A DNA stretch of 64,000 bases, from NCBI GenBank assembly GCA_035221665.1, contig CM069173.1, positions 7,378,001-7,442,000 of the forward strand, in the 5' to 3' direction. A model generated the notes under the pieces. That model was not told the origin of the DNA. It was given only the letters and a program-made list of their open reading frames with translations, and made no database searches. The stretch's first letter is position 1, and each line of letters opens with the position of its first letter. The translations under genes were made by a program, and so were the position numbers. Below are positions 1 through 13,914 of this stretch, piece after piece. This stretch comes from Okamejei kenojei. Taxonomy: Eukaryota.

Positions 1-193
1 CTTCCCCCTTTTACAACTTGACGTCATTTTAGATAGTGATGGACTGCTTTACATCCGCAGTACACAAGTGTGTGGGGAATATTCTAATCTCCAAGGTTTC
101 CCAATTCCTTCCCACATATAAATTGAATCTATCACGAGGAGTTGCTTAATTTCTTGTTTGGTTTCGTATTTCGATGCAACCATCTATATTTGA

Positions 194-235
194 CCAATGT
201 TGCAACTGCGTCCTTGGAGACTCCGTGGATATAAA
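194..235 (+). promoter_or_regulatory. Putative core promoter (CCAAT + TATA) of GPCR copy 1
   Basis: CCAAT at 194-198 and TATAAA at 230-235, about 75 bp upstream of ATG 308. Both motifs are retained in the duplicated copy (16713-16717, 16751-16756). Confidence 0.5.
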
Positions 236-307
236 GGGAGAGCACTGCGGGAGTTCTCGACAGTTTCATTCTGGAGGGCACAAGCTGACTCGTTTCCTGC
301 AAGAAAT

Positions 308-374
308 ATGCAACCAACATTTTACCATGTCCAGAAAATATACTATTTGACCCTTGCCGTCATTGGTGTTCCGG
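308..374 (+). CDS. GPR139-like GPCR copy 1, exon 1 (MQPTFYHVQKIYYLTLAVIGVP, start of TM1)
   Basis: ATG at 308 and a hydrophobic TM1 start ending ..IGVP-G|gtaaga (phase-1 donor at 375). Same exon end as the intact gene (..VAVP-G|gtaagg at 54036). Confidence 0.8.
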
Positions 375-398
375 GTAAGATATTGCAAATGTTATGTT

Positions 399-815
399 GG
401 CTGGGCTTATATTTACTGGAATTTAGAAGATGTGAGGGGGATCTTATAGAATATATAAGGCTAAATGCAGGAAAAATGTTCCCGATGTTGGGGGAGTTTA
501 GAACCAGGGGTCACAGTTTCAGAATAAGGGGTAGGTCATTTAGGACTGAGATGAGGAAAAAACGTTTTCACCCATAGAGTTGTAAATCTGTGGAAATATC
601 TGGCATAGGAGGCAGTGGAGGCCACTTCACATGATGTTTTCAAGGCGGAGTTAGATATAGCTCTCAGGGCGAATTGACTCGATGAATATGGGGAGAAAGC
701 AGGAACGGGATACTGATTTGGGATGATCAGCCATGATCATATTGAATGGCGGTGCATACCGAAGGGCCGAATGGCTTCTCCTTCACCTATGTTTCTTTTG
801 TTTCTATGTTTCTAT
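399..815 (+). mobile_element. CR1-type LINE 3' end
   Basis: Encodes LGLYLLEFRR-EGDLIE..RTRGHS, the typical CR1 ORF2 C-terminus, followed by 3'UTR and a (tttctatg)n tail. Confidence 0.8.
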
Positions 816-1039
816 GTTACTATACTGTGTCAGACTAACTCCTGCTTCAGGTTTGCTAACGTTCTTTTCGAAAATGACTTTGAATCGTGGTCAAGTTTAG
901 CAATTATTGCCACTCACTGTTTTGTCTGGCGAGGGGGTGAGAGTTAGTCAACATCTGTCGATATTTTGCTGATCGAATGGTATAATAAAGTTTTGAATAT
1001 GGAAATTACCGCATTGGAGTCTGTCTTAGTTTATTTCAG

Positions 1040-1315
1040 CTTGGTTTTTAGTTTAGTGGTACAGCGCGGAAACAGACCCTTCAGCCCTCCGAGTCCGCAC
1101 CGACAGCGACCCCCGCACACTTACACATATCAGGGACGGTTTACATTTATACCAAGCCAATTAACATAGTACGTCTTTCGAGTGCGAGAGAAAACCGAAG
1201 ATCTTGGAGAAAACACATGCAGGTCACGGGTAGAGCGTACAAACTCCGTACAGCCAGCACCGTAGTCAGGATCAAACCCGTTGTAAGGCAGTCGCTCTAC
1301 CGCTGCGCCACCGTG
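1040..1315 (-). mobile_element. tRNA-derived SINE
   Basis: Reverse strand begins with an A-box-like ggtggcgcagcggtagag and a B-box-like gggtttgatcc, and ends in a (ctaaa)n tail. Many copies in the window. Confidence 0.75.
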
Positions 1316-1779
1316 TTAAGTCATCCGTTACAGCAATGCGGTCGGCGGTGTGGTTTCGCAGCGGCTGTTGTTGTGGTCTATTGGTGATTTAGGTTTGGTG
1401 GTTTAGGACATGCCCAGGGAGTAACCTACATGTGTAATCACAACACGTTTGTAGCTGACACATTGTGCAACTTCAGAACGAATGCAGGACAAGAAGAAAA
1501 GTTTTGCCTCGTGGATGGTAGCTACCGGGTTCGAGTATCTGGGAGTGCTCCCATCCACATTCGCGGTGTGTAACATGTGGGCAGTGGGTGGATTTGGCGG
1601 AGAAGAAATAATGTCAGTTGGGGACAGAAAGGAAACGTATGACGTGCAGTGAGCGTATTTCTTTGTAATTGTAGTTTGTGTAAGTGTAACCCGGTCTTAT
1701 GCAGGGGTGATATTTGTGATGTTAATAATGAGCTTGGATAAGTTGCAGATAGGATGCGGGAATTTAGCTTTTTGAATGT

Positions 1780-3618
1780 ATGTACACATACAAGGAATTT
1801 GCCTTGGTGCTCCACTCGCCAGTGACAACACGACCTACAGTAAACCATTAAGAATAAAACATTAAAACATTAAAATTTTAAGAAAAAAAACAGTATAGAT
1901 TAAACATGTGCATGAAATAAAGTACCAAAGCTAAAGGGGCTGCAGAGTTTGGTTATTGAGTAGAGCTACTGCTTGTAGAAAAAAAAGCTGTTTTTATGTC
2001 TGTCTTTGCGGCTTAGAATGTCCGGAGTCGCCTTCCTGAAGGAAATGATTCAAAGAGTTTGTGGCCAGGTGAGAGGGGTCAGAGATGATCTTACCCACTC
2101 TCTTACTGGCCCTTGCAGTGTACAGTTCGTCACTTGGGGGAAGGTTTGCAGCCAACAACCTTCTCAGCTGATCGAACCATTTACTGCAGCCTCTGGATGC
2201 TTGGTGGCTGAGCCAAACCAGACCATGATGGAGAAGGGTGAGGACAGACTCTACGATGGCCGTGTAGAATTGGACCATGATATCATATATATATAATATT
2301 TATTGGAAAACGATACCCCCATCAACAGAAATTATACAGAGAATCTTGGGAAAAGGAATTAGGCCAAATAATAAGACCAGAAATATGGGATGAAAGTTTA
2401 CAACATATACATTATTGTTCATTAACGCTAAACATTCTCTTATACAGTTTAAAATATTACATAGATTACATTACTCTAAATCTAAATTACATAATATTTT
2501 TCCAAAAATATCTCCAATATGTGACAAATGTCAAATTTCAGAAGCAAATTTGACACATTCATTCACATAACTGCATAAAAATTGTAGAATACTGGAAGGA
2601 AATATTTAAAATAATCTCGACTGTTATCAATATAAATATAATCCCTGACCCAAAGTTGATATATACTTGGAATAATTGAAACTGACCAATTAATAACAAC
2701 GAATCAAAGAACTTTTATTGATTATGGTTTAATAATTGGGAAAAAATTAATATTAAAATTTTGGAAAGGCCCTGCATTCCCAACAATCAAAAATGTGGAA
2801 TATAGAAATGTCGGAGACACTTCATTTGGAGAGATTGAGGCTTGTCCTTATGGATAGGTTAGATCTCTTCAGATGTATTGAGTGGTTCTCCATATATTAA
2901 ATATTTACAGGGTCATAAATGGTTCGGCGCGAGAGAACCTGACTGAGGCCTGGATATTTGAGTGGATGAAGAGATACATATAATAAATCATGAATATATC
3001 TATAAGGACGGAGGATTAATGACGAATATTTATATTCTCCATCAAACCTCTTCTTATTCTTTATTCTATTTCCTAATTTTTCTATTTTCTTAATATCTAA
3101 ATAAAAAATAAAAAAAATAATATGAAAACACACTATCTTAATATTAGTACGAATATAAATATTATTAGATTTATAAGAACATTGTTAGTATTTATTAGCA
3201 TTTCTTAGTATTTTATATTTTTAATTATATAAAATTTATATACTTTTAATGGTACAATAATTTTAAATTTAGCGATAAAATAAATATTGTTAACATTAGG
3301 AAGAAAATTAATAAGAATTATATAAGATTTACTAACTTTTTGTATCAATAATATCATAAAATTTGGTCTTATACTTAAAAAAATTAGAAATTAAAATGAT
3401 AATTACTAATAGTACGAGAGTATAATGCTAATATTGTGAATGTATTAGTAGTATTATGTATCTCATAATTATATAAAATACATAACTCTGAAATCTATAA
3501 CTAAGGATAACACAGTATAAATAATATTATTAGTATTGAATCAGTTATTAGGACTATGTATTTTTACTACTGAAAATATAATGTAACTGGTTGTTATTTT
3601 GTTTCTATAATAAATAAA

Positions 3619-3649
<31 letters not shown>

Positions 3650-3712
3650 TTGGACCATCATTTGCCTGTGGTCGATTGTGCTTTCTCAGCTGCCGCAGGA
3701 AGTACATCACGT
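1780..3712 (-). mobile_element. Rex1/Babar-like LINE 3' fragment, split by an L1 insertion (2279-3645)
   Basis: ORF 1994-2278 (-) MVQFYTAIVESVLT.. resembles the Rex1-type RT C-terminus. The sequence resumes after 3646, and a longer uninterrupted copy lies at ~18600-20170. Confidence 0.7.
2279..3645 (+). mobile_element. 5'-truncated L1 with poly(A) tail and 13-bp TSD
   Basis: ORF2 C-terminus (..IQFKILHRLHYSK..PICDKC), AT-rich 3'UTR, aataaa then an A-run. TSD AGAATTGGACCAT at 2266-2278 and 3646-3658. Confidence 0.9.
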
Positions 3713-4529
3713 TCTAGTGTCTTTTCCACAAAGCACGGGATAATTATAAGGACATTTCAACGGGGAGATGGTGATAACAAAATACAATAGATGCAGGAGT
3801 AGACCATTCGGCCCTTCGTGCCAGCACCGCCATTCACTGTGATCATGGCTGTGATCATCCACAATCAGTACCGCCTTCCTGCCTTCTCCCCATATCCATT
3901 GACTCTGCTATCTTTAACAGCTCTATCTAACTCTCTCTTGAAAGCACCCAGAGAATCGGCCTTCACTGCCTTCTGAGGCAGAGAATCCCACAGCTTCACA
4001 ACTCTCTGGGTGATAAAAGATTTTCCTCATCTCCGTTACTCTAAATGTCTGACCCCCTTATTCTTTAACTGTGACCGCTGGTTCTGGGTGAGATGGTTCT
4101 GGTCGTGCGAGAGGCACAAACAAGCGACTACAGGCACAAAATAAGCGGCTGGTACATTTAATCCGAAGAGTGGAAGGCATAAGCAGGATGGTCAAAGCTT
4201 TCTCCCCCAAGGCGAAAATGACAGTCGACGGAGGGCAAGGTTTCAAGGTGAGAGGTGGTAATTTTAATGGAAAATATGCAGGGCAAATGTTTCATAGGTG
4301 GTTGTGTATCCCTGCAGGTGGTGGGCGGAATCATATACGATAGGGATATTTGAGAGGTGTTTCAAATCGAAACGAGCATGCGAATGAATCGAGGCCATAT
4401 GGAATATATGAGGACAGAATGGGGTTAGCTTAATTTGGTCGGAGTAGATACGATGACTCGAAGGGCCAGTTCCTGTGTAGTCATTTTCCATGTTTATGTC
4501 TTGGTAGTGCCATAACTAACGTTTTATCG

Positions 4530-7500
4530 ACTTCGGTGGCGCCATGTTTTGGTAACAGTCGCCCACACATAGCTCCGATCCCGAATATTGCGATTTTTTG
4601 CATTAAAACTGGATTTAGAGATCGGGACTGATTAAAAAAGGTTATCGGAGGCTTGAATGCTCTGCTGATGGCGCCAACAATAAGTGCTGTGCATTAAAAC
4701 TCTGGATTTAACCTTTTAAATGCAGAATCCGATTTCTGCTCAGAGTCCTCAGAAGAAGCATTTCGAAAATATACTGCAGCACTGAGATAGAGCCTGAAAG
4801 AGCTTTGGAGAATCGACTTTTGAAGGTGTCTTGAAGGAAAACTGCCTTCCGAAATGTCTAAAAGAGCTAAGGCAGATAAGGCAGATAAGGAGAAAGACTT
4901 GGAGGACTTCAAGAAAACGGTAAGAGAACTGAAAGATGAAAAGGTGGACGGAACGCACATGGAAAAAATGATGAAAGATTTTTATGAGAGATAAGCTAAT
5001 GCTGATACGAATACGGGCAATTTGAAAGTTATTGAGTCTGTGCAGGATTCCATCAAACACCATAAAATAAAAGAAAATGAAGATGTGAGAGGTTGAACTA
5101 TTGGAGCGAGCGATGGATAAGGGGAAGAAGACACTAATAAGAAGTTGTTGCAGTGCATGAGACTGTCGCAGTCATATGTGAAAACAAGTGAAAGAGATGG
5201 AGGAAGAGATGGGACGGGATTGCCGAGGATATGAAGAAAATGAAGACACAGCACGACCCTCACTGCAAAAACAGCTGGCAAAATGTTTGGTTAAGTGCCT
5301 AGACTTGGAAAATTGTTCGAGATGCTTTAAACTAAGGCTAGTAGGACGTACCCGAGGAAGCTGAGAGAGATAACCTCGGGAGGTTTGTTGCAGGGGATCT
5401 AAATTAAAGAAGTGCTCTCAATCTCCCGTAACCTTCCGAAAATTGAAGCGGCACATCGAATTTCCGAGATTCAACAAAAAATCCCAAACAGGCTCAGAAT
5501 ACACAGTCAGATCATTGTGAAATTTCGGGACCATCTCTGGCGTGGGAAGAGGTGATGAGTAATATCAAAACTATGGGGTACCATGAAATACGTGCATACA
5601 ACATTTAAAATATTTAGAGATTCCCCCTATGAAGTGGTCCAAATAAAGAAATCATTTCTTCAAGGTAAAGCAAGCACTCCAAGGCGTGAAGGGTGTCAGA
5701 TATGGAGTCTACTTTCCCGACGGAGAATGCGCATTCTTTCAACAACAGCAAAAATCGTTTACAAATCTGGAGAGCGCATATAAATATGCCTTAACCATCG
5801 TCCTCCTGGAAGAGAATAAGTAACTTGAAAAGCTGTCCTGTATGGACACACTCTTCTCTTTACTATTTCAACATGAAATGTGTTCAACAGAAGATGGAAC
5901 TCTCCTTGTGTTTAGACTCGATGGCTTAGTCGAGGAATGTTTAATTCAAGGACATACTGGGTTCAAGTGAAGTGAGAAAAAGATAAACACTGAAATACAG
6001 AGCTTTACAGCATATAGCTGATATATAAATTACCGTGGTTTAAAAACATTTAACTGCCATAACCCAATGTTATAGAAATAACACTTTTAAACACTTAAAA
6101 ACATAGAATGCTATCATAGAAATTGTAATCTGAACATTAACCAGTCGGTAGTAAGGGGCTGTATTTACAATCTAACATCTATAAACTTAATATCTTAATA
6201 TAAGTTTTAAGCAGATTATTATAAACGGGTTGTGAGGGGGAGATGACGGGCTCCTGGCTCAGATCCAGAAGCCTGCCCTAGGTAGCCCCTTCAACCAAAA
6301 GCTGATAATTATCGAGGTAAAAACTGATGCTTATGTACATTCTGTAGATAAAACAGTTAGATATATTTGGGAATACATATGAAATGGATATATGATAGTG
6401 CAATTAGGTATGATATAGTTGATTTGGGAATCGGCTCGGTTCTAGTACGGATATGTTATGACTTATTGAGGGAACGGAGCTAATTGTTTATTAACATCGA
6501 CAATGGATGTCGATACAGAAATGTTTTCTCCCACCAACAGGTGGGCCACTTATTACAGTGCCGACAAAACTCGGTCACTGTATTTTTCACTTTTACTATA
6601 TTTTTTTTACTATCACAATTATCACATGCGTAGAGAGTTTTTTTTAATTGCACGGATAGATCGCAAAAGAAATCCACAAACTGAACTTGGTAGGGTTTGA
6701 CTGTTCCCCCATTGCTTAAAGACCTGAGGTATGGATGCACTCACCACAAGATACATAGGTACTAAACCTAGTCAAGATGCAAGACACTAAACGAAAATAA
6801 AATCGGGAGGTATCTCATTTTGCAGTTTGGAATATTAGGGGGGCTAACAAACGTATTTAAAGGGGTAAGTTTTTAGCACAGATGGAAAGCATTTGAAAGT
6901 CAGTGTGCGTGTTATCTTCCTCAAAAAACGCATCTTAAAAGTTCAAGATCAGTTAGATTGAGGGCCAACTGGATAGGTCAAACTTTTCATTCGTCATACA
7001 TGTCAAAATCCAGAGGCACGTCACCATCATGATTGCAAAGGTATACCATTTAAACAGAAAAAAACCTTAACGATTAAGTAATTACAGAATGTTATAATTG
7101 GGGGAGACTTTAACTGTGTCTTAGATCCTTATTTAGATAAATGCAGTCAAAATCAACGAGGTTAATACGGAATCGTAAATAAATAGTGTGATGAGTTTTA
7201 GTAAACACATCTAAAAAATACAAATGATTTACCATGTTTGGAGGGTGCAATATCCGGAACGGCAAGGGAATATTCGTTTTATTCATCGGTCACACAGACT
7301 TACTCACGTATAGAATTACTTCCTGGTAGACACATAAAAAAGCGTAATTCCGTATACTTTGTCCCTTAAAAACAAAACCCAAAATACACACCAAATACGA
7401 TTTCAGAATCATTCCCCCTAACTTTGTTTTTAAAAATGAGAAGGCATGCGTCTAAGAATACCATCGTTCTGGAGGTATAACCCCCAAATCTCTAACAAGA

Positions 7501-10500
7501 CCCGCAAGGGAGTATGTATCTCTAAGGACAAGCAATCCGCGTATCTTGTTTTTTTGAAATAAATGATACGCCTGACACTACACCTACACACATTATTCAT
7601 GGGAATCTTTCATCAGCTTTTCATTAGAGGTGTTATATCTCATACCAAGCCGTTCAGAAATAAAAAAATAGAATGAGCAAATGGCCAGCTAGAGCGCCAA
7701 CAAATTAGAACAATTGGATATAGGAATGATGCTAAATAGTCCGTCCATGGTTAAACACAATTCTAACTACTTTAATACTAAAATTCAAATTAAATTATTA
7801 TTACTATCAGAGAAAAGTTATACCATTATTCCAATTACATGACAAGCAAACCGTTTGAACTTTGGGGAGAAGCCTCATGAAATACTTCTCGCACAGACCA
7901 ATTTAAAAAAAACTGAGCGTAAAAAGGAACACAGCATTTCAAGAAGATTGAAATCAGACGCAAAGGGAAGGTTGATTACTATACATTACCACGATGAAAA
8001 TTCGTATAAAAGACTTTGTGCCTCTATTTTATGAGAATTTTCTATTACAATTAAAACAAAAACGGACCCAACACCTATAACTGAAGTGTGTTTCTGAGAT
8101 AATTGCATTTTCTTCCCAAACTAGAATTGCTACTTAGGGAACTAGAGAATTGGGAGCACAAAAATCATCAAACAGTGAGAAATAGAAGAAAAACAATATT
8201 CTCATTGAGAAAATAAATGGAAAAAAAACACCAGTCTAACAGGATTTAGTAGAATGAATTGCTCTTTAAAAGGTTTTTACGATATATTTAGTCACTCGTC
8301 TACAGATATGTCTCTGTAGATACACACACTCTTTCAGAGAACCAAATATGTTGATAAAGATTGTTTAACTGATAACACACTAACAGAATCTACGATTACA
8401 GTAATACTTAAGAAAGCCTACAGACATGAGGAAGAACCTGGATTCTATAGAGCTATTGCGTTGTTTTAATTACAGATCAAAAATATTAGCAAAAATATCA
8501 GCAAGAAGATTAAAGTACGCCATTAAACTTAATACATCCGGATCAAAAGGGGTTTATCCCTCTAGAGAGTTCATTAGTCTTCTTTGAGACGTTCTTGCTT
8601 AATTATAATGCCATATAGTCACTCACTATAATTGAAGATCACAATCTCGCAATTATTTCGCTGGATGCATAGAAAGCATCTCACGATCAGGTTAATCGGG
8701 AGAGTATATGGTTAAGGTATTACGCAAAATTTCCACTTGGAGAGAAGAATTTCATTCAATGGATGTTAAAATTAAGCTATATAATAAGCAAACGGCCAGA
8801 ATATTAATAATAATATTATCCATCCACGGAACATTTCAACTGTCAAAGGCGAATAATAGACAATGTTGTCATTATGTCACTATGTTAATTTGCCCTCATA
8901 ATCATTGAACCACTGTAGCTGAGAAGTATTAGAACTTCTCCTCCGAATATCCGACACGGATATAAGACAAAATATTCAAATATAAAATATCATTATACGC
9001 TTGATGATGTACTTTTGTTACATCACACAGCCACTCCTATCAGCATATACCCAATACCTTTTTAATTTTCTTAGGGATTTCGGTTCACGTTTTCATGTTA
9101 CAAGAAATAAACTGGAATACTAAAGTGAAATTCATGTCACAATAAAGCCGAATAAGATTGCTATACATCTCGTACTAGAATTTCCTTTTAAAATAGCTGG
9201 GGGAAACGTTAAAATGTAACTTCGGCATTGAAATTACTTAGAACTTACCAAGAACATGTTTAAAGCAAACTATCTTTCACCCTGCGCACTTAAGTAATAT
9301 ACACTCTCGTGTTAATTAAATTCTGGGAAAAATCGCCGTTCACCGGGTTCCTTAATAGGTTCGACTAAAACGCCATGTTAAAAATGACGTTTTCCTACCA
9401 CAGAATTCCCTCATACTTTGTTCCAATTCTAATCCCAATATATTACCCAAAAAAGTATGAGAAAAAAATTTGGACTCATAATTATTACAAATTCGTCGCT
9501 TTTTGGATCTATGAAGGACCCATAGAATACAAAGAGCCACTACCTGATAAACCAAAGTAGTAGGGGGATTAGCATCACTCCCTAATTTTCTGTATTTTAA
9601 TGCGTCGGTGATATTAGAAAGCTCGCGCTATTCAATTGTTGGATAATGCTTTCATCGCAGAACCGGATGAATCATTATGGAAAAGAGGACTGCTCCGCCC
9701 TTTAGTCATTGGTGCGATCCTATCTTTCTCACAATGACTCCGCGTGAATACCTATAAAACTACACAAAAACCACAATTGATTACTTCCGGAAGTCACGTG
9801 AGTACGGTGGACTACGTGAAGAAGGCCCGCTGGCGCTAGGAACGGCATTACGTCGGCGCTCTGGACAGCAGAAGCAGGAGTTGCACATGACAGTCCTTCG
9901 ACAGCGGTTGGTTGCACGGAACTGAGGCATCGGTAAGTGCTCAGTTTGAAAGTTTTTTTTAGGAGTACTGGGAGGAAAAAATCCGTGCATCTGGTTGAAA
10001 CCAGGATTTTAAGAGATTTGAGAAAACAAACTACAGAAAAGTTTAAATTGCTAACAGAAAATACCTCTGGTGTAAAATAACGGGCGGTTTTGAAACAGAA
10101 CCGTCCAGGGGAATAGACCCAGCGGATCGGGATGACTGAGCTATTAATTACGAGGGACGGTTCGATACTCAGGTACCGTTTTAGAATATAAATTCGGTTA
10201 GAGAGCGTTAAAATTACCAGACTCACAACGTCTCCTCGCGTGGGCAGGGAATTTAAAAAGTCAGAAAGGCTGTAATTTATAAAAGTTTGATATACTATAA
10301 ACTCGCAGCACTATGGAGCAGAAAAGTCACTCCAAAATATAAAAAAAGAGACCGAGGGTCACAGTACCCAAACAGCCAAAAAAGACCCCTGAGGGTTGAA
10401 TATACAAAAAAATCTGGCTATGTGCCAAATTAAAGAATGAAACCTGGATTAGGGTGGTTGAAGTCTCTCTTTTGATATATTCCAAAGTGGCAGTCAGGGC

Positions 10501-13460
10501 TGCTAAAAGACACACACTGCAAAGTGGTGATGAGAATTATGAATGACACCACACCAAATAAAAAAGAAGCGGAGGCCAGGTCTGTGCTGAGATAGCAAAG
10601 ATTTTGCTATAATCATAAACGGAAAGTGGTGGGCTATTGAAAGGAAACCTAGCTGCAACAGTAATTATATGGTACGTCATCACCAACTTCAAGGAATACG
10701 ATAAAACTTTTATGGTTTTATCGTAAAATATCAACGGTAAATCCGTTATAATATCCATGTCTCAAATAAATATGAGAATAAGAAATACATTATTGACACA
10801 AAGTATTTACAAAAAGGGTGCTCATATGCAATGGACACATGAAGTAATACTTCAAAATAAAATGTAAATTGCCAATTAGAAGATGTGGAGCTCACGAATA
10901 GGATAGAAATATATATAATTTACCGAATCTGCACTATTACGGTTTGCACTCGCTACAATACAAATCAGGGACTATTAAATCTCCCTGATATCCCTATAGA
11001 AATAAACCTCTGCCTTATGATAAATCAAAGATATTAATTACAAAGAACAGACTACTGATCTTTAAACTTTGTGGGGAGGATAATGTATTTCTAGTGGTTA
11101 AAAATTGGATACAATTCAGTAGGGAAATTAGACACTGTAAAGGTGGTACAAAAATCACTTGTTAATGAGGAAAATACATTCACAGGAATGGCACAGGATG
11201 AGCCACTAGAAGCAAAGATGCAAGAGTCCGCAGGAGGCTGTATATTACTGTTCTCTCTCGTAAAAAGACAGTCATTGGTGTCAGATTTAGACACACAATG
11301 TTCGTTCTCTATAATTGTGGCTTTGTCATGCCATAAAAATATATACTCTCTGTCAATTGGTATCTGTGATCAACACTTGCCTTTTCAATCGGAACAAGGG
11401 CATCATTTTCACTTTTTTTGCCAATGTGAAAAATTTATCACATAACTTGAGGCAATGTTTGAGGAAAAAATGTGTTAGTTGCCGCTCGTTATTGTGTTAC
11501 ATTGAGCCCCGTGATCCTGTCGTATGGATTAAATTCGCACAGACACGAAAACACAGAAGCTTCTCAAAACCTTCTTCACACGTGAGTTCACTCCGTGACT
11601 CCGAAGTAAAAGAGTAAGACTTAAACGAGAAACGTTACCAGTTCGAAGATTTGATGCGACGCTACATTTTTATAGAGAGTGAGAACGATGAGGGATTACG
11701 TGCGCTCCACACTCCCCACCGCCATAAAATACAATGATCATCTGTATGTGAGTCTAAATCTAATGCTCTGAGCCTAATATCTGTACATCGGCTAATTTGT
11801 GTTCGCGTGTTTTCATGCCGCTGGTTTTGAAGTATGCAGTTCCCACCAGCAACCAGGCGGCGCACCTTCTTCACGTAATCCTCCTCATCGTTACTCCTCA
11901 TAAAATAACGATCAAATCCCTTCGAACTGGTAAGTTCGTCGTTTAATGACTTACTATCCCAAAGACATAGTACAATGTCTGTCATTTGGAAACAAAATTT
12001 AAAACCGCACAACTTAATATTAAGAAACGTAGAGATCTCTCCTATTTCGCTATTGCTAAAAACCTCTATTTCTAACCCTCGATTATAGACAAAGCATTCA
12101 TGCCTAATGGGAAAAGCTCGCAGATAATTAAAAATTTGGGTGAGGATTTGATATGATACGGGAAAACTATTATAATTTAAACAATTACTAACTTAAAATA
12201 CAATCGCGGGTACATTCAGCATTTTTAATATTTCCAAAATTTGTGATATATTGTGAAAAACATGAGCTATGAATTTCATTTCAAATGCCATTAGACACTA
12301 CATGATGATCCAGTAATGAACTACACAAAAGGATGGAAATCACCAATGTAATGTTCACATTTATATACTAGATCTTATACTTAAATGCGTAATACCAACA
12401 ACGGAAGGTATTAGAGGTGAGTGGGAGGGAAAGACGCGAAACTAGACATAAACATTGCCAATGAAAGGTGGATAAGAATACCTTATTAAATGGTGCACAC
12501 AATGGTCAATTAACGAGTAAAGACACACTTTACATACAACTTTAAAAAATCTATACATAGATTCTCTACTATCAGAAAAACTAAATTAAAATAATTTTTC
12601 CCTAACGTTTCACAAATTGTGAGTAAATGCACTGTCAGGAAGTTAATATAGCCGCATCATTTATCTGTTTGCTCAACAATTCACAAAGGAGTTTGGATTG
12701 ACAATCTTGTGTGAAATTTTCATCAAAAAGGCTAGTTTAAAATAAAAATGCACCCGAGCTCTGAAAGGATTATTTAGTCGCGACAATGACAGAAGGTAGT
12801 CCGGAATATAAATGTGTATCAAAAAGAATTATTTGCGAGCCGGCCTTTAAATTAGCCGAAAAAACGCCGAATCTTTAAATCATCTCTGTATTATATAACT
12901 GCTCCTTATACCCAACATTAAATATGTGGAGAGTTCAAACGTTGTTTGAAACACACATCTGGAAAGATATGCAGACTTCCACCTGAGAAGGCAAAATCAG
13001 AATTCGCTTCTCATCAGTACGTTGGTCTGCCATTTGATTAGAATTGTACAAAGATAGGGTGCAGAGGATAGGTACCTCGGGCTTGGTAGGGGGGCGTGGA
13101 AAGAAACTATGGCAGTTGGTGGTATTCCTTTTTGCGTAATATTATGTAACAGAGAGTAACTGGTTTTTTGTTTTCCCTATTCCTCATTTTTTACGCGTCT
13201 ATATCTTAACCACCTTCTATATTCTTTGACAGGGTTTTCTTCTCCCATTTTGGCTCGCTTTTTTTTGACACTATCACAACTTTTTCACTCTATCTCTCAT
13301 CTCTCTTCTTTCCTATATTCTTTCGTTCTTTAAAGCCCCGTAAAAATACTGGCCCCGGTACAATGATTTGTAACAAGAATATAATCGTGATGTAGACATG
13401 ATGATGTTTACATGTATTTTCCTCTAATATCTTATGAAATATTAAAAATAGCTTGTAAAA
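4530..13460 (+). mobile_element. Near full-length L1 LINE (ORF1 ~4850-5820, ORF2 ~6780-13030), frameshifted, in the intron of GPCR copy 1
   Basis: Charged coiled-coil-like ORF1 (MSKRAKADKADKEKDLEDFKK..). APE motifs WNIRG (~6827) and IIGGDFNCVLDP (~7093), RT YA-DD (~8995) and a C-terminal Cys region (~12620). Absent from the paralogous intron. Confidence 0.8.
9782..11960 (+). mobile_element. DIRS1-like element (~2.2 kb, internally deleted) inserted in L1 ORF2
   Basis: Its 5' end (~9783-9823) is complementary to ~11571-11610, and ~11610-11702 is complementary to the 3' end ~11868-11960, which is the DIRS internal-complementary-region layout. L1 ORF2 homology continues across it (compare the L1 at ~30000-30100). 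Confidence 0.65.
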
Positions 13461-13914
13461 CTATATCGTTTTATCGAGAGAGAGAGATATATTCTGCCAG
13501 TACCAGGAATGATGCTTGTCATATCTTAGTCAAACGTAAGCTCTCAACGTATCTACACGTGGGCGTTACTTTAGTCCCGCTCCACGTGTGCCTGATCTCT
13601 TCCATTTTACATGCTCTGTGAAAATACACCCACTCTTCCTAGGGTTTTGTCACAGTATTCCCAGTTGTGTTATTATACTTCGCTCATGATTCGCGGCACG
13701 TTGTTTGTACGGATGTAAATTCATTTTGAATTCTTCGTTTCTGTTCCGTTATCCACCATTGCAACTACAATCTCTCTTCTCACTGGTTTCTTCCAGCCGC
13801 CAAATGGTTGCTATTTTGGCTGATCAAAGTGTTGCTAAACAGACTTTTCCACTCAAAAAGACATAATTGGGCCAATGATTCTATGCTTTTTCCTCTTACA
13901 CTTTTATCTTCCAG

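Noticed and set aside
375-577. Read-through of ORF 197-577 (and of 53898-54221) as single-exon proteins
   Set aside because: Sequence past the GT donor is intronic CR1- or SINE-derived; only the exon 1 parts are GPCR-like.
3000-3620. Extremely AT-rich tract suggesting organellar or foreign DNA
   Set aside because: It lies between the L1 ORF2 end and the poly(A), inside the TSD, so it is the L1 3'UTR.
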